From Eledone cirrhosa (taxonomy: Eukaryota), in the NCBI GenBank assembly GCA_964016885.1, contig OZ024754.1, forward strand, positions 9,486,001 to 9,550,000: DNA of 64,000 nt. Direction: 5' to 3'. This document shows positions 25,291 through 38,945 of the stretch, piece after piece; within the stretch, counting starts at the first letter, position 1; every line of letters starts with the position of its first letter. A program made the position numbers and the translations under genes. A model generated the notes under the pieces. The model searched no databases. It was given only the letters and a program-made list of their open reading frames with translations, and was not told the origin of the DNA.

Positions 25291-26534
25291 GGTATCATCA
25301 TCATCATCTCTCTATATATATATACATATATAGGTATCATCATCATCATCGATATATATCAGTTAGGATGTGGACGTGTCAATATGGTCGTGCAAATAAC
25401 AGAGAAACGTGGTTAACTTCACTTTACATATATCTCATTTATTTGTTAGTGTCAAAACATTTGTCACACAGATTGTGACCTCATCACAAGCCCAGCTAAT
25501 TTGAAACTCATTTACTAACAACTTATTATAGGCTTTAGAATTTTAGTCGAGCTTTACATACACACACTCATACATACATACATACACACACTCATACATA
25601 CATACATACACACACTCATACATACATACATACACACACTCATACATACATACATACACACACTCATACACCCACATACACACACATACATACATACACA
25701 CACGCATACATACATACATACACACACACACTCATACATACATACATACATACACACACTCATACATACATACATACATACACACACACACTCATACATA
25801 CACCCACATACACACATACATACACACACATACATTACCACACGCATACATACATATACACATACATACATACACACACACATACATATACACATACCCG
25901 CGCACACACACACACACACACACACATATACTCACACACATACATACATATACACATACACACACACACATACATACACACATACGTGCACACACACACA
26001 CACTCACGCATACATACATACTTACATACACACACGCATGCATATATATACACATACACACATACACACACATATACGTACACCCACATATACATACACA
26101 CACACACACATACACACATACGTGCACACACATACACATACTCACACGCATACATACATATACACATACTTACACACACACATACATATACATACATACA
26201 CACACACATACGTACACCCACATATACACATACACACATACACACACACATACGTGCACACACACACACACATACTCACACGCATACATACATGTACACA
26301 TACATACACACACATACATACATACACACATACGTACACCCACATATACACATACACACACATACATATACACATAAGTGCACATGCTCACACGCATACA
26401 TACATATACACATACATACACACACACATACATATATATATACATACACACACACACATGTACACGCACATATACACACACACATACATACACATACGCA
26501 TACACATATGTGCACACACACACACATACATACG

Positions 26535-27800
26535 TACACGATGGCTGCAAACTCGTGTTCGAACATTGCCATCACCTGATAAAATGCTAAAAAAATGTGA
26601 GGTACGAATGTGGCTCTTTAAACCAGCCAAAGACTTGCACCCTCTGGCACATACATGGCAACTGTACACTCCTCCGGGACTTTCCATTACTTTGTTCTGA
26701 CTGTGTGTTCTCATTTGTCTTTTAAGACCTCCCATGCTCGCACATTCCTAGCCACATTCCTAGCTACACTCCTTGCCACATTCCTAGCCACATTCCTAGC
26801 CACATTCCTAGCCACATTCCTTGCCACATTCCTAGCTACACTCCTTGCCACATTCCTAGCTACACTCCTTGCCACATTCCTTGCCACATTCCTTGCCACA
26901 TTCCTTGCCACATTCCTAGCCACATTCCTTGCCACATTCCTTGCCACGTTCCTAGCCACACTCCTAGCCACATTCCTAGCCACATTCCTAGCCACATTCC
27001 TTGCCACATTCCTAGCTACACTCCTTGCCACATTCCTAGCTACACTCCTTGCCACATTCCTTGCCACATTCCTTGCCACATTCCTAGCCACATTCCTAGC
27101 CACATTCCTTGCCACATTCCTTGCCACATTCCTAGCCACATTCCTAGCCACATTCCTAGCCACATTCCTAGCCACATTCCTAGCCACATTCCTAGCCACA
27201 TTCCTAGCCACATTCCTTGCCACATTCCTTGCCACATTCCTAGCCACATTCCTTGCCACATTCCTAGCCACATTTCTAGCCACATTCCTAGCCACATTCC
27301 TAGCCACATTCCTAGCCACATTCCTAGCCACATTCCTAGCCACATTCCTTGCCACATTCCTAGCCACATTCCTAGCCACATTCCTAGCCACATTCCTAGC
27401 CACATTCCTAGCCACATTCCTAGCCACATTCCTAGCCACATTCCTAGCCACATTCCTAGCCACATTCCTTGCCACATTCCTAGCCACATTCCTTGCCACA
27501 TTCCTAGCCACATTCCTAGCCACATTCCTAGCCACATTCCTAGCCACATTCCTTGCCACATTCCTAGCCACATTCCTAGCCACATTCCTAGCCACATTCC
27601 GAGCCACATTCCGAGCCACATTCCTTGCCACATTCCTAGCCACATTCCTAGCCACATTCCTAGCCACATTCCTAGCCACATTCCTAGCCACATTCCTAGC
27701 CACATTCCTAGCCACATTCCTAGCCACATTCCTAGCCACATTTCTAGCCACATTCCTAGCCAAAGATTCACTAGAACTTCTTTCCTCCATAACATGGAAC
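26535..27800 (-). mobile_element. Family Z LINE 3' fragment with two C2H2 fingers, split by a 12-bp array
   Basis: The minus strand reads ECG(K/*)ECASMGGLKRQMRTH...YSCHVCARGCKSLAGLKSHIRTSH. The 3' stem-loop is GATGGCAATGTTCGAACACGAGTTTGCAGCCATC. Confidence 0.65.
26740..27761 (+). repeat. 12-bp minisatellite (GCCACATTCCT[A/T])n, ~85 copies
   Basis: Directly visible. Confidence 0.98.
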
Positions 27801-28950
27801 TGGGAAATTATAACACACATGACCTTATCAGTGAAGTCCTTTAGTAGAGGTCAACTGGGAAATTATAACACACATAACCCTATCAGTGAAGTCCTTTAGT
27901 AGAGGTCAACTGGGAAATTATAACACACATAACCCTATCAGTGAAGTCCTTTAGTAGAGGTCAACTGGGAAATTATAACACACATAACCCTATCAGTGAG
28001 GCCTTTAGTATAGGTCAACTGGGAAATTATAACACACATAACCCTATCAGTGAAGTCCTTTAGTAGAGGTCAACTGGGAAATTATAACACACATAACCCT
28101 ATCAGTGAAGTCCTTTAGTAGAGGTCAACTGGGAAATTATAACACACATGACCCTATCAGTGAAGTCCTTTAGTATAGGTCAACTGGGAAATTATAACAC
28201 ACATAACCCTATCAGTGAAGTCCTTTAGTAGAGGTCAACTGGGAAATTATAACACACATAACCCTATCAGTGAAGTCCTTTAGTAGAGGTCAACTGGGAA
28301 ATTATAACACACATGACCCTATCAGTGAAGTCCTTTAGTATAGGTCAACTGGGAAATTATAACACACATAACCCTATCAGTGAAGTCCTTTAGTATAGGT
28401 CAACTGGGAAATTATAACACACATAACCCTATCAGTGAAGTCCTTTAGTAGAGGTCAACTGGGAAATTATAACACACATAACCCTATCAGTGAAGTCCTT
28501 TAGTAGAGGTCAACTGGGAAATTATAACACACATGACCCTATCAGTGAAGTCCTTTAGTAGAGGTCAACTGTGAAATTATAACACACATAACCCTATCAG
28601 TGAAGCCCTTTAGTATAGGTCAACTGGGAAATTATAACACACATAACCCTATCAGTGAAGTCCTTTAGTAGAGGTCAACTGGGAAATTATAACACACATA
28701 ACCCTATCAGTGAAGCCCTTTAGTAGAGGTCAACTGGGAAATTATAACACACATAACCCTATCAGTGAAGCCCTTTAGTATAGGTCAACTGGGAAATTAT
28801 AACACACATGACCCTATCAGTGAAGTCCTTTAGTAGAGGTCAACTGGGAAATTATAACACACATAACCCTATCAGTGAAGTCCTTTAGTAGAGGTCAACT
28901 GGGAAATTATAACACATAACCCTATCAGTGAAGTCCTTTAGTAGAGGTCG
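27798..28950 (+). repeat. 55-bp minisatellite, ~21 copies
   Basis: Unit ACTGGGAAATTATAACACACATAACCCTATCAGTGAAGTCCTTTAGTAGAGGTCA. Confidence 0.97.
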
Positions 28951-29019
28951 ACTAACAGAACATTGTATTACAATTACAAACAAAATTCTAAATAAGCCTA
29001 CAAGGTAAAAATTAAAAAC

Positions 29020-29092
29020 GGTCATTGCGAGCCAATCTGACTGGTCTGGCGGGCCAGATTGTGGCCCATGGGCCCCCTTCTGCATGTCCCTG
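29020..29092. mobile_element. hAT-type MITE end fragment
   Basis: GGCGGGCCAGATTGTGGCCC...TGCATGTCCCTG resembles hAT/Charlie subterminal sequence and the ends of 62398-62718. Confidence 0.4.
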
Positions 29093-29839
29093 CCCTAAGA
29101 TATAGCTTCTAGGTTAGTCCAGCATTGTATGATTCTCAGTTAGTTAAAAAAGAATCAACTAACTTTAATAATCTTTGGCCTTTCATTAAAAAAGATCATG
29201 CATGGGTTTTGTTGTGAAGTAGTTTCAATCGACTCCGAGTGTTAGCAAGTGATTGAAAGTTTGGGTGAATCATTCATTAGCATGCATGAGTCTATCTGGT
29301 TTGTTGTGTTTCATTTAGTGCAGATGAATTCACCGATTGGGTTTATTCTTCCGAAATATTACAACAAAAATATTTTCCATGAAATATCGAGAATTAGTAT
29401 TTATTATAACAAAACAAAACAGAACAGGCAGGAAAAAAAAAGAACAAAAAATGAAAGAAAAACAAAAAAAAAATGATAAACAAAATGTTAAACTATATAA
29501 AGGGACGTACAAAATAATATAAAAAGAAAATAGAAAAAAAATGAAAAATACAAAGAAAAAGAGACAATTTCATTTCCCAGTAATTTGAAACGAGAAAACT
29601 ATTAATAATTTGCGTCAACTTTATTTAGGAAAAAACCCAAAGAAAAGCAAAGCAAAAATTACTGAAAACATTAAGGGTGGTGTTTTCAAAAGATATTTTA
29701 AATTATCTCAGCAATGCCATTCCCAAATATGTCATTTCATGGATCATCTAACGGGAGCACCATCTTTGAAATAATGGAAAGGGAGATAACAAAACACAGC
29801 ACAGAGGGGGAAAAAAAGGGGGAGAAAATGTTAAATGAT

Positions 29840-31315
29840 TAAAAAGAGAGAGAGAGAGAGAGAGAGGACGAGAGGATAGAGAGGGGGAGATAGGAAGGAC
29901 GGGGGAGAAAAATGGAGAGAGGAGAAGAAAGGAAGGAAAGGGCGAGAAGGTAGAGAAGATGGACAGGGGAAGAAAGGGAGGGTGGGAGAGAAAGATGGAG
30001 AGAGAGAGAGAGAGAGAGAGAGACAGAAAGAGGAGAGGGTAGAGAGGATAGAGAGGGGGAGATAGGGATGAGGTGGGATAGATGGGAGGGGGCAAGAGGA
30101 TAGAGAGGGGGGAGAGAAACGGAGGGAGAAAGATGGAGAGTGATGAAAAGAGAGTGACGGAGAGGTGAGAGGGATCGAGAGGGTGTGAAGACAGGGAGGA
30201 TGGAGGAGTGATGGAGAGAGACAAAGGAAAGGTGGGACAGGTGGGAAAGGGGGATGGGGTGGGGGTGGGAGAGAATAGGGAGAGGCTGGGAGAAAGCGTG
30301 AAATTAAAAGAAAATAGAGTGAGGCAGAAAAGCCATTGTATTATATGAGTGGATAGAACTGATGAAAGAACCCTTGAATGTGATGTGAGACATAGTAAAT
30401 AGTTATTGTAGAGAGGGAGGGAGACAGGGGGTGGGAGAGGGGGACGGGGAAAGAGAGAGGAGGGAGGAAGAGGGGGAAGGGATGAAGAGAGGGGGAAGGG
30501 ATGAAGAGAGGGGGATGGGATGAAGAGAGGGGGATGGGATGAAGAGAGGGGGATGGGATGAAGAGAGGGGGAGAGGGGGATGGGGAAAGAGAGGGGGTGA
30601 AGAAGGAGATATTAAGAGTAGGTGTGTACTGTGGGGAGTATGGATAGAAAGTTAGGAAGAAGAGAGAGGGTGAGAGAGGAAGAGAGAGAGGGTGAGAGAG
30701 GAAGAGAGATGGTGAGAGAGGAAGAGAGGGTGAGAGAGGAAGAGAGAGAGAGGGTGAGAGAGGAAGAGAGGAAGAGAGGGTGAGAGAGGAAGAGAGAGAG
30801 GGTGAGAGAGGAAGAGAGAGGAAGAGAGAGAGAGAAAGAGAGAGGAAGAGAGAGAGAGAGGGTGAGAGAGAGAGAGGGTGAGAGAGAGAGGGTGAGAGAG
30901 AGAGGGTGAGAGAGAGAGGGTGAGAGAGGAAGAGAGAGGAAGAGGGTGAGAGAGAGAGAGGAAGAGAGAGAGAGAGGGTGAGAGGAAGAGGGTGAGAGAG
31001 GAAGAGAGAGAGAGAGAGAGGAAGAGAGAGAGAGAGGGTGAGAGGAAGAGAGAGAGAGAGGAAGAGAGAGAGAGAGAGAGGAAGAGAGAGAGAGAGGGTG
31101 AGAGGAAGAGAGAGAGAGGGTCTGAGAGGAAGAGAGAGAGAGGGTGAGAGAGGAAGAGAGAGAGAGGGTGAGAGAGGAAGAGAGAGAGAGGGTGAGAGAG
31201 AAAGAGAGAGGAAGAGAGAGGGTGAGAGAGGAAGAGAGAGAGAGGGTGAGAGAGGAAGAGAGAGAGAGGGTGAGAGAGGAAGAGAGAGAGAGGAAGAGAG
31301 AGAGGACTTGAAGGA
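29840..31315. repeat. Purine-rich (GA)n / GAGAGGAAGA low-complexity tract
   Basis: Directly visible. Confidence 0.93.
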
Positions 31316-31438
31316 AGGAAAATGATGTCTGAAAATCAAATAATCATTTGGAGAGAGATAGACTGCAACAATGTGTATGCATATACACATTGTTGCAGTC
31401 TCGGTTACACACTCTGTATTCATACAGATATAACTTTG

Positions 31439-31476
<38 letters not shown>

Positions 31477-32677
31477 TCATGATCATGACAAAATGAGGCT
31501 AGAATGGTCAGCTGGTCAGGTGACTTGGTGGTGGAACCACATGATTAATAGAGCTATGAAAACAAATAGATATGCTTAGAAAGAGTGGTCAAATGAAAGC
31601 AGCAAAGATCAATATGAGGCCAGACTGGTCAGGCCATGGAACACATCTTAGTCACCCTGTGAATCAAGGCAGCTCTTCTGATTAAGCAGCTAGGGCTTCC
31701 CATTAACAATAGACTGGAAAGAAATGAAACTCAGTAGCTGATCTAACATGGTCATCCAGATCTACTACACTCAGATGATACACATGATTACTGGCACAAG
31801 CTTTCATACATACATATGCGTGCACTTATATATTTACACTCACATTTACATGTATACATACCTATGGTTACATTTACATACACATATCCTTATATATACA
31901 CTCACATCTATACAGACGACAAACCAGCCCTTGCATGCATTTCCGTGCATTTTTGTTTAAATCCGAGTACAATAGTTAAAAATATATAGTGACCAGGAAA
32001 AACAATCTCTGATAAGGAATTGTACATCTGAAATATTGGGACTAATAAATTACTAAGATAACAATCAATTATTTTATACTTTTATTTTCCTCCTTCAAAT
32101 CTTTGCTTTCTACCTCACTTCACTCAATTCTCTTTCAACCTTTTTGCCTTGGTATTTCAAACCTCCTGCATTGTAATGGCTCTCTAAACATACACATATA
32201 TCTATACCATAGCTGCCGCCTCATTATCGAGTATGGTCATTGCCCAATATAATATTATCAATAATTATTAATTAATGCTACTGTACAATGCCTGTGCATG
32301 AAGATTTTTTTAAAGTGAGGAAAGACTGTGCACTGGGCCAATCCCACTCTCTGAGCAACAGTAGCTATAACCCCAAAAGAAGAAAAGATCAACATCAGTG
32401 TTAACAACTAAGCCGCAGGTTTTATGTCAGAGTTATCACAGTTTCCTGAGTTGCCTTCTCCGAGAAGAATGCCCTGACAAAGGCTATGGGGTCCTTCACT
32501 CCCAAGTGTATACATACATATATACATGCATGCATGCATACATACATACATATATAGAGAACGAGATAGATAGGTTTGTATGTTTAAGAAGCCATTACAA
32601 TGCAAAAAAATACTTTAATCATATACACCTCTCTTCAATAACAATATACACTTTTGACTCACTATTGTAACCACAAT

Positions 32678-32865
32678 AATTGTTTCTACTTTTGGCACAA
32701 GGCCAGCAATTACCCAGTGCATTACTGGTACTTTATTTTATCGACCTCGTAAGGATGAAAGGCAAAGTTAACCTCGGCGGGATTTGAACTCGGATCGTAA
32801 AGGGACGTAACTATGCTGGAAAGCATGGCGTCCGACCCTCTACCGATATTGCCAATTCACCACCC
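32678..32865 (-). mobile_element. SINE-A copy (another at 33468-33655)
   Basis: Reverse complement of the SINE-A consensus seen at 10707. Confidence 0.85.
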
Positions 32866-32894
32866 TGCTTGTAACCATAATGATTTTTAATTTA

Positions 32895-33150
32895 GGGTAG
32901 AGTCACCACTTCTCCAAATTGATAGATCACAGGTACTATGGCCATGTGGTTAGAATGTCTCAGGAAAGAATCGCTGATTCTATATCCATGAGCTTGGGTA
33001 TCCAGCTGGATCAGTTGGAGATGGTTGCTTCTGACAGGACCCGCTGGAAGGAGTGTCTGAGGACTCTTCCTCCACAATGCTCTCAGGAAGAAGAAGAAGA
33101 AGAAGAAGAAAAAGAAAAAGAAGAAAAAGAAAAAGAAAAAGAAAAAGAAA

Positions 33151-33181
<31 letters not shown>

Positions 33182-33400
33182 GAAAAAGTAAAAGAAAATG
33201 AAAAAGAAGAAAAAGAAGAAGAAGAAGAAAAAGAAAAAGAAAAAGAAAAAGAAAAAGAAAAAGAAAAGAAAAAAAAAGAAAAAGTAAAAGAAGAAAATGA
33301 AAAAGAAGAAAAAGAAGAAGAAGAAAAAGAAAAAGAAAAAGAAAAAGAAAAAGAAAAAGAAAAAGAAAAAGAAAAAGAAAAAGAAAAAGAAAAAGAAGAA
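32895..33400 (+). mobile_element. RTE-like LINE 3' fragment whose (GAA)n tail runs into a (GAAAAA)n array. Related minus-strand copies at ~39590-39800 and ~56300-56580
   Basis: Encodes RYYGHVVRM...ASDRTRWKECL, followed by GGAAGAAGAAG and the GAAAAA repeat. Confidence 0.7.
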
Positions 33401-34539
33401 ATGTTGATATGTACTTTATCCAATGTTCTAACAATTCTGCCAATCCATCACTGTATTACAACCATAATAATTGTTTCTACTTTTGGCACAAGGCCAGCAA
33501 TTACCCCAGTGCATTACTGGTACTTTATTTTCTCGACTCTGCTAGGATGGATGAAAGGCAAAGTAAACCTTGGAGGGATTTGAACTCAGAACATAAAGGG
33601 CCATAACTCTATACTGCAGAGCATGGTGTCTGACGCTCTACTGATACTGCCAATATTAAATAACATTGATCCAACATCCCAGTTAAGACTCATAACCACA
33701 ATAGGTTTAGGTATAGATTTGACATTAAACTCAAATTTCATTTAACTTTGATAAAACTCAATATTTTTGCTACGTTCATTGATTTTGTACTTTGAACATT
33801 TCTCACGTTGAATTATTCACATTCTTTGTTTGAGATTATTTCATAACTTTATATATTTTTAGGTCATTCAGAATTTTGTATATATTCTGTTTTTTTTAAA
33901 ATATATTTAATACTTTTTATATATCATATATATTTTATATATATTTTATATATATCTTATATATATTTTATATATATTTTATATATATTTTATATATATC
34001 TTATATATTTCATTTATTTTATATATTTTTAGATCATTCAGAATTTTGTATAAATTTTGGGTTTTTTAAAATTTATTTTATATATTTTATATATATTTTA
34101 TATATATTTTTATATATATTTTATATATATTTTTTATTTTTATATATATTTTGTTTTTTATATATATTTTTAGGTCATTCAGAATTTTGTATATATATAT
34201 TTTTATTTATTTTATATATATCTTATTTATTTTATATATTTTAAGTCATTCATAATTTTGTATATATTCTGGGGTTTTTTCCTGATATTTTCTTATTTTA
34301 TTTAGAGTTTCTTCATTATATATATATTTTTCTAATGTTTGTAGCATGAACAATTGTGCAACATTCATATCTCTTAACACTTTTGTCTTCATTGTTATAT
34401 GTAAAATAACATAACATCACTTGACCTTTATAGTCACAGCTTCAGTATACAAATGTTACCAACTGATTGAATATATTGATGATATTATGCTCTTTTTTAG
34501 TTGCATAGTCTTTGACATATTCAAGTGTATGTGGTAACT

Positions 34540-35575
34540 AATTTATGTATACATAGACTTATGACTGGCAAGCGGCTCAACGACCGCATCTGTATCAGTG
34601 AGCTGCTCAACATTACCAAACTTAGACCAATTACATCAATTGTCAAGTCAAGAGTACTCAAACTATACAGTCATATAAAAAGATCAACTCATGGTGTGAG
34701 TAAGTTATGCCTGGAAGGAAGGTAGGCTGGTAAGAGAAGCAGAGGCCGGCAGCCAAAACGATGGCTTGATAATGTCAACCTATAGACTGGACTTGATCTT
34801 TGCTCTTTAGACTCTGGTGTTGGTAATCAAAAGGTATTATATATTCCTGGAAGGAAGGTAGGCTGGTAAGAGAAGCAGAGGCCGGCAGCCAAAACGATGG
34901 CTTGATAATGTCAACCTATAGACTGGACTTGATCTTTGCTCTTTAGACTCTGGTGTTGGTAATCAAAAGGTATTATATATTCCTGGAAGGAAGGTAGGCT
35001 GGTAAGAGAAGCAGAGGCTGGCAGCCAAAACGATGGCTTGATAATGTCAACCTATAGACTGGACTTGATCTTTGCTCTTTAAACTCTGGTGTTGGTAATC
35101 AAAAGGTATTATATATTCGTGGAAGGAAGGTAGGCTGGTAAGAGAAGCAGAGGCCGGCAGCCAAAATGATGGCTTGATAATGTCAACTTATGGACTGGAC
35201 TTGATCTTTGCTCTTTAAACTCTGGTGTTGGTGATCAAAAGGTATTATATATTCCTGGAAGGAAGGTAGGCTGGTAATAGAAGCAGAGGCCGGCATCCAA
35301 AACTATGGCTTGATAATGTCAACTTATGGACTGGACTTGATCTTTGCTCTTTAAACTCTGGTGTTGGTAATCAAAAGGTATTATATATTCCTGGAAGGAA
35401 GGTAGGCTGGTAAGAGAAGCAGAGGCCGGCAGCCAAAATGATGGCTTGATAATGTCAACCTATAGACTGGACTTAATCTTTGCTCTTTAAACTCTGGTGT
35501 TGGTGATCAAACTTTGTGGAGAGAGATATCACATGATGCGCAGTCTGCAACTGTCAGAGTTTAGCATCACATGAG
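34540..35575 (+). mobile_element. LINE 3' fragment containing a 136-bp tandem array (6 copies, 34710-35510)
   Basis: Encodes LKLYSHIKR...LEGR*AGKRSRGRQPKRWLDNV. An unamplified homolog lies on the minus strand at 38340-38945. Confidence 0.85.
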
Positions 35576-36039
35576 ATACACGTAGATGCATCTTTTCTAT
35601 TATTTATATGAGAAATATAACTAGAAAAATAGATCTAGCCACAACAATTCTTTAACCAGAGCAGAATTTGGGAAATAATTTGTTATAATTCAATTTAATT
35701 TATGCATCAATCTGCGGCTGCTTAGAAAGAATAAATTTTGGACAAGAAAATTTTTCATAAAAATATTCCGAGGAAGACTCAAGTGCTGGTAATGAATATT
35801 TACGAAAATCATCTTGTAATGATAACGATGATTGAAGAAGGAACTAGGAAGACATTGAAGTGGGAAGGGGGAGGGGGATCTTACATTTTAAAATTACAGA
35901 GTTCACATATAAACATTGAAATAGTTAAAAACAAAAAAATTGTTGATTGCATTTACACAGGAAATTTCTTTCAAATAAATCATTCCTGTAAACATTTCCA
36001 CCTTCCATTTTATTTTCATTTTCATTGAATTTTTTTCTT

Positions 36040-36505
36040 GAATTTTTATACTTTCATATACATTTATATGTTATGTATATATATATTTTTATACCTTCAT
36101 ATATGTGTGTGTGTTATGTGTATATATATTTATACCTCCATATATATTTGTGTCATAATGTGCGTGTATATGTATATGTATATATATATATATAGATATA
36201 TATACATTTATGTATTATAATGTATATATAGATATATATACATTTATGTATTATAATGTATATATATGTTTTATACTTTTATATAAATTTATACCTTCAT
36301 ATATATATATATGCTTATAATGTATATGCTTATAATGTATATATATATATATAGTTTTATACCTTCATATATATATATATATGCTTATAATGTATATAGT
36401 TTTATACATTCATATACATTTATGTGTATATATTTTTATACCTTCATACACATTTGTGTATTATAATGTGTAGATACCTTCATATACATTTATGAGTTAT
36501 AATGA

Positions 36506-36549
<44 letters not shown>

Positions 36550-36901
36550 TTATGTATTATAATGTGTGTAGATATTTTTTAACTTTAAAAAAAAAAAAGA
36601 ACATTGATTTGAAGAAAATATTTTCTGTTCTTCTTTTGATTGTTGTTTGTTTACTTGTGTATATTTTGTTTTATTTTTGATTTAATTGTATGTATATGTG
36701 TGTATATATATGCGTGTATATATATGTGTGTATATGTGTGTGTGTATATGTGTATATATATGTATGTGTATGCCCACATGTGTGTGTATATATATATATG
36801 TATGTATATGTGTATATATATATATATGTGTATGTATATGTCTGTATATATATATATATATATATACATGTGTGTGTGTATGTGACTGCCCATATGCGTG
36901 A

Positions 36902-36944
<43 letters not shown>

Positions 36945-36973
36945 CACATATGTGTGTGTGAATGTGTATGCCC

Positions 36974-37017
<44 letters not shown>

Positions 37018-37850
37018 GTGTGTATGTGTTTGCGCATATGTGTGTGTATATATATATATGTGTGTATGTGTATGCACATATGTGTGTATATATATATATG
37101 ATTATGCCCATATGCATGTGTATGTATATATAAGTGTATGGCTGTGTGTGTGTGTGTGTGAATATTTCTGGGTTATATTAACAATGATTGAAATTTAAGA
37201 AATAACGTTGAATAGAATAATTTTTGATACAAGATGGAGGAATCATGTTTGAGAGAGGATGGAGGACATGCTTCTTTGACTGCATAAAACACATATCTGT
37301 GTCAAAATGTTACTTCACACACACACTAACACACTGACACACACTTGCAGACAAACACACAAACACACACACACTTGCAGACAAACATATGCACACACAC
37401 ATGCAGACAAACATACACACAAATACACACACTCATACACGCAGACAAACATACGCACACACACACACACACAGACAAATATAGACACACACAGATGCAG
37501 ACAAACATAGACACACACACAGATGTAGACAAACATACGCACACACACACATACATGCAGACAAACAGACAGACAAACACACTTACAGGCAGATACACAA
37601 ACACACATATGCACACACACACACACACACACACATTCAGACAAACACAAACACACACACAAACATGTTAACCTACACACAAACACAAAAATCAAAGGCA
37701 CTTACATACATACAAACACACAGGCAAACACACACACAAACAAACACACATACAAACACACAGACACACACACACACACATTCACATAGAAACACACAAA
37801 CACACCAACACACACACACATACACATTACAGACACATATATACATGAAT
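36040..37850. repeat. TA/TG and CA/CAGA compound microsatellites
   Basis: Directly visible. Confidence 0.93.
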
Positions 37851-37874
37851 AATTAAAATTAATTTGAAAGGACA

Positions 37875-38250
37875 GAAACCTAGTCAGTAGGCACCTCTTA
37901 ACCAAAATACACCCCCGTCCCACTACCCCTATCCCCCACCGCCATCTACACCACCTCTTTCGATGTAAAGTTATGTTGGTACCACAACATCCAGTCCTAA
38001 ATAAATGAGGTCGTGTATGTGTCACGACAAAAAAACACACAGTCCACGCTGTAATGTGGCCATGTAGGTAACACGGTAAAAACCTCCCAGTCCACACTGT
38101 AAACGTGGTTGGTGTTAGGAAGGGCATCCAGCCGTAGAAAACCCGCCAGACAGTCCCGAGCAAGACAACCAATCTTGCCTCAAGTGGGACAATTCCCGTC
38201 CAGACCCATGCAAGCGTGGAAGATGGACGTTAAACGACGATGATGAAGAT
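37875..38250 (+). mobile_element. 3'-UTR fragment of the PHD-RTE LINE
   Basis: Collinear with 7550-7916 and 22175-22550. It ends GGACGTTAAACGACGATGATG. Confidence 0.9.
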
Positions 38251-38339
38251 GAGTTCTATATTACAATTAACTGCAGTTTCATCAGATGAATTTTCAGAAT
38301 CCTAAAACAAAATAAATTACTCAAGCATTCTGTGATGCT

Positions 38340-38945
38340 AAACTCTGACAGTTGCAGACTGCCCATCAACATGTGATATCTCTCTTCACAAAGTTCCATC
38401 ACCAGCAGCAGTTCAAAGAGCAAAGATCAAATCCAGTCCATAAGTTGACATTAGCAAACCATCATTTTAGCTGTCGGCCTCTGCTTCTCTTACCAGCCTA
38501 CCTTCCTTCCAGGCCTAACCTACTCACACCACGAGTTGATCTTTTTATATGGCCGTATAGTTTGAGTACTCTTGACTTGACAATTGATGTAATTGGTCTA
38601 AGTTTGGTAATGTTGAGCAGCTCACTGATACAGATACGGTCGCTGAGCCGCTTGCCTGTCATAAGTCTCATGATGTGGTTCTAGAATGTAGAGAGCTTCT
38701 GAAGTGACCTTGTCGTCCAATTAACACAGTCAAGACCATATAACACAACTGGTAGGATGTATCAAAGATCTTAGCCTTCAAATAATAGGAAACTCGTTTT
38801 GATGTTAGTACTTCCTTGTTCTTGTTGAAAGCTGCCCAACTCAGAGCTATTCGATATTGCACAGCAACCATTCCATTGTTGTTTGATGATAGTTTGTGAC
38901 CGAGATATACAAAGTCCGTAACTTGAGCATATTAGCATATTATTG
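38340..38945 (-). mobile_element. RTE-like LINE fragment (RT end to C-terminus), degenerate
   Basis: The minus strand reads VTDFVYLGHKLSS...RIALSWAAF...LKLYGHIKR...GKRSRGR. Confidence 0.85.

Noticed and set aside
26388-26735. Host C2H2 zinc-finger gene
   Set aside because: The fingers lack TGEKP linkers and end in the dispersed LINE-type 3' stem-loop plus microsatellite.
26655-27899. FLAT/ARNV/WLGM repeat ORFs
   Set aside because: They are frames of the 12-bp array and contain no unique domain.
33053-33583. Lys/Glu/Arg-rich 176-aa ORF
   Set aside because: It is the expanded (GAA)/(GAAAAA) tail of a LINE fragment running into an antisense SINE.
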